Below, in pieces: positions 60,950 to 64,000 of a DNA stretch of 64,000 bases (position 1 is its first letter; every line of letters begins with the position of its first letter). Made by a program: the position numbers and the translations under genes. The notes beneath the pieces were generated by a model. It did not search any database. It worked only from the letters and a program-made list of their open reading frames with translations, and was not told where the DNA came from. The DNA is from Octopus vulgaris (taxonomy: Eukaryota). The stretch is from assembly GCA_951406725.2 (NCBI GenBank), contig OX597820.1, forward strand, positions 60,202,001 through 60,266,000, given 5' to 3'.

Positions 60950-62344
60950 CAAAGAAACATGATTTAGTGGGACAGGGACTAAAGGCAATTGACAGAACAA
61001 CATTATTGGGGAAATTCAAGTGCTGGATAGTGCAATTTGGACTGTATTCAAGGATAATGTGGCCATTGCAAATGTATGAAATAGCCTCGAGTAGAGTAGA
61101 AAGGATGGAACAAAGATGCAGTATGTTTATCAGAAAATGGCTTGGTCTTCCAGAACCACTGAATACAACTGCACTATATGGAAAAGCCATGCGACAACAA
61201 CCAATAACATCAATCGCCGAAGAATATAAGGCAGGAAAGGCAAGGACAGTAATGATGCTAAGATATTCGAAAGATTAGAACATTCGAGAAAACCCTCCAA
61301 AGGTACGAACAGGGAGGAAATGGAAAGCAGAAGCAGTAAACAGCGCAACTCGAAAGTTAAGGTAAGCTGATATAGTCAGAGCAACACAAGAAGCAAGAGC
61401 CGGTTTAGGGTCGCATAATTTCAAACCATTTTGCATAAGCAGTGTAAAAGAGATGAAAGAGGCAGTGGTATACGAAGTGAGAAAGGAGGAAGAAGAAAGG
61501 CAAAATGTATATTTGGTGCAATGTAGTCAACAGGGACAGTGCCTGAGATGGGAGGAATATGAGGTTAGTTGCAGAATCTCATGGAAGGAACTTTGGGCTT
61601 GAGAACAAGCAAGAACATCCTTCCTGATTAAGCCTACCTTCAACGTTTTTACCTTCACTGGCCAATTTAGTCTGGTGGAACATACAAATGGCTGATGAAT
61701 GTAGATGCGGAGTGGAAATGATGGTGAGACATGTTCTGTCAAACTACAGGCGAGCACTAGACAGATATACATGGCATCACAATCAAGTCCTTAGTGTCAT
61801 AAGCACAGCACTCAAGAAGATCGAGGGATATAATAGGGGAGAATACTCAAAAGTGGAAACGGAGAAGGAGGGAAAAGGACAAAAGGCGAGGCCTTGAAAT
61901 AAAATATATGAGACAGATGAAAGATGGAAGGGATACTGGGAGCTGGCTATGGATTTAGAAAGACTGTTAAGATTTCCACTCATAAAAACAACAAAAAGAC
62001 CGAACTTAATCCTATAGAATAGAGAGTGGAAAATTGTAATTTTGCTAGAGCTGACAGTGTCATGGGAAGAAAACATCCCTAATGCAGAGCAACGGGAGGA
62101 GAAAAGGTATGAGAGATTAATTGAAGAGTGCAGAGATCAAGGATGGACTGTCGAGTATTACCACCTAGCAGTGGAGGCTAGAGGCTTCAATGAAAGGAAA
62201 ATGGCAACGTTATTTAAAAGAAGGTTTGCCTTTTCGAGCTCAGAGCTGAGTAAAGTAATAAGGAGGATACAGGAGGCAGTCGACAAAGCCAGCTTCTATA
62301 TATGGCTGAAACGAGAAGACCCAAAATGGCTTGAAATATTTTGA
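60950..62344 (+). mobile_element. 5'-truncated RLE-type non-LTR retrotransposon (Hero/NeSL-like)
   Basis: GKFKCWIVQFGLYSRIMWPLQMYEI, IRKWLGLP, CRCG...HVLS, RYTWHHNQVL, RPNLIL, LELTVSWEEN..A...E.RY, ASFYIWLKR; several stops. Confidence 0.88.
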
Positions 62345-62528
62345 GTTCCATTATTGAATTGAATTGAATATATTAAGGAAATGGTTATGTCCTTTATGTT
62401 TGAAGTCTATGTGGTCATCTGACAAGAACGGTTTCTTTCAAATGATGTAATGTCTTCATTAATCAATTAAAATAATCACTTGAAATGGCTGTAATGAATT
62501 GACACCTGTACATCTTTGTTACTCATTT
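62334..62528 (+). repeat. Right arm of the inverted repeat
   Basis: Diverged reverse complement of 60193-60382. Confidence 0.8.
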
Positions 62529-62699
62529 TTATTTTATTCACCTAACTTGGAATCTGCACTTTGGAAATATTATAGAAAGTACCTTTATAAAAAGTACATG
62601 TCTGAATTACCAAAGCAGATATCCTTACTTAGCTGGGTTGGTAGGAATATCAGGTACAAACACCCCTGCACAGAGATGCTGGCGGCGGCGTCATCGTCG

Positions 62700-63758
62700 T
62701 TGTCATCATCAACGTTTATTGTCCACTTTCCATGCTGGCATGGGTTGGACGATTTGACTGAGGACTGGCGAGCCAGATGGCTGCACCAGGCTCCAATCTG
62801 ATTTGGCAGAGTTACTACAGATTGATGCCCTTCCTAACACCAACCACTCCGAGAGTGTAGTAGGTGCTTTTACATGCCACTGGCACGAGGGCCAGTCAGG
62901 TGGTACTGGCAACAGCCACACTCAAATGGTGTTTTTTTATGTGCCACCTGCACAGGAGCCAGTCCAGTGGTACTGGCAATCACCTCGCTTGAATAAATTT
63001 TTTACGTGGCAGTTAAGCAATGCTGGTAACGATCACGCTTGAATGGTGCTTTTTATGTGCTACCGGCATGGAATAGAAGATGGATTTAATATGAATCTTT
63101 ATTCAGCATGGCAACTCTTTCAACCCATCCTGTAGCTGTCCCTTATGGGTAGGATATTGTGCATCTAGTTGTATTGCATCAATCAGTGCAGGTTGTGTTG
63201 TTTCAGGTGCTTGGTGTAAAAAAGAGATATCCCACTACATATACTGAGTTCTTATTCTTGTTTGTTGCATGTTGATACATACATACATATATATCATCAT
63301 CGTCGTTTAACGTCCGTTCTCCATGCTAGCATGGGTTGGACGGTTCGACCGGGGTTCTGGGAAGCCAGAAGGCTGCACCAGGCTCCAGTCTAAATTTGGC
63401 AATGTTTCTACAGCTGGATGCCCTTCCTAACGCCAAGGCTTGCCAGTCCTCAGTCAAACTGTCCAACCCATGCCAGCATGGAAAACGGATGTTAAACGAT
63501 GACGAGGATGATGATGATATATCATTGGTAAAACAGAAATATATATATATACATATCGTCTGGTCCCCATGCCGGTGGCATGTAAAAAGCACCCACTACA
63601 CTCATGGAGTGGTTGGCGTTAGGAAGGGCATCCAGCTGTAGAAACACTGCCAGATCAGACTGGGCCTGGTGCAGCCTCCTGGCTTCCCAGACCCCAGTTG
63701 AACCGTCCAACCCATGCCAGCATGGAAAGTGGACGTTAAATGATGATGGTGATGATAT

Positions 63759-63792
<34 letters not shown>

Positions 63793-64000
63793 CTTGAAAT
63801 TGTAGTCATGGCCAGTGCTGCCTGACTGGCACCAGTGCTGGTGACATGTAATAAGCACCATTTGAGTGTAGGTCAATGCTAGTTCCACCTGACTGGCTCC
63901 CTGTGCTAGTGGTATGTAAAAAAGCACTATACAAATGTGGTCAATGCCAGTGCCCCCTGACTGGCTCCCATGCCAGTGGCATGTACAGAGCACCATTTGA
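62700..64000. mobile_element. Cluster of LINE 3'-UTR repeats in both orientations
   Basis: Minus copies at about 62700-63070 and 63295-63436. Plus copies at about 63440-63520, 63565-63756 and 63810-64000. Confidence 0.8.

Overview
Repeat-dense, AT-rich animal genomic DNA. The SINE families and the (TA)n/(CA)n/(TATC)n load resemble a coleoid cephalopod such as Octopus; this is an inference, not a database match. Host content: the last four coding exons of a BRCA2-like gene on the minus strand (57510-46467; OB3 fold and TR2 RAD51-binding tail), and a convergent, frameshifted, truncated ORF ending in IkB-like ankyrin repeats (38848-40240). The standout feature is a young Neptune-type Penelope-like retroelement (10089-15402, minus). 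It has ~1 kb inverted pseudo-LTRs, a minimal hammerhead ribozyme with a U3:A8 core variant, an intact RT-GIY-YIG frame, and an upstream coiled-coil ORF1 that overlaps the RT frame at an HIV-type U_UUU_UUA -1 slippery heptamer. Also present: a complete non-coding LTR element (tRNA-Trp PBS, 4-bp TSD) with a related truncated solo LTR; mariner, pogo-like and hAT remnants; CR1-, RTE-, R4- and Hero-like LINE fragments; three tRNA-derived SINE families; and several decayed hammerheads. All assignments come from reading motifs by eye, and boundaries of decayed repeats are approximate.
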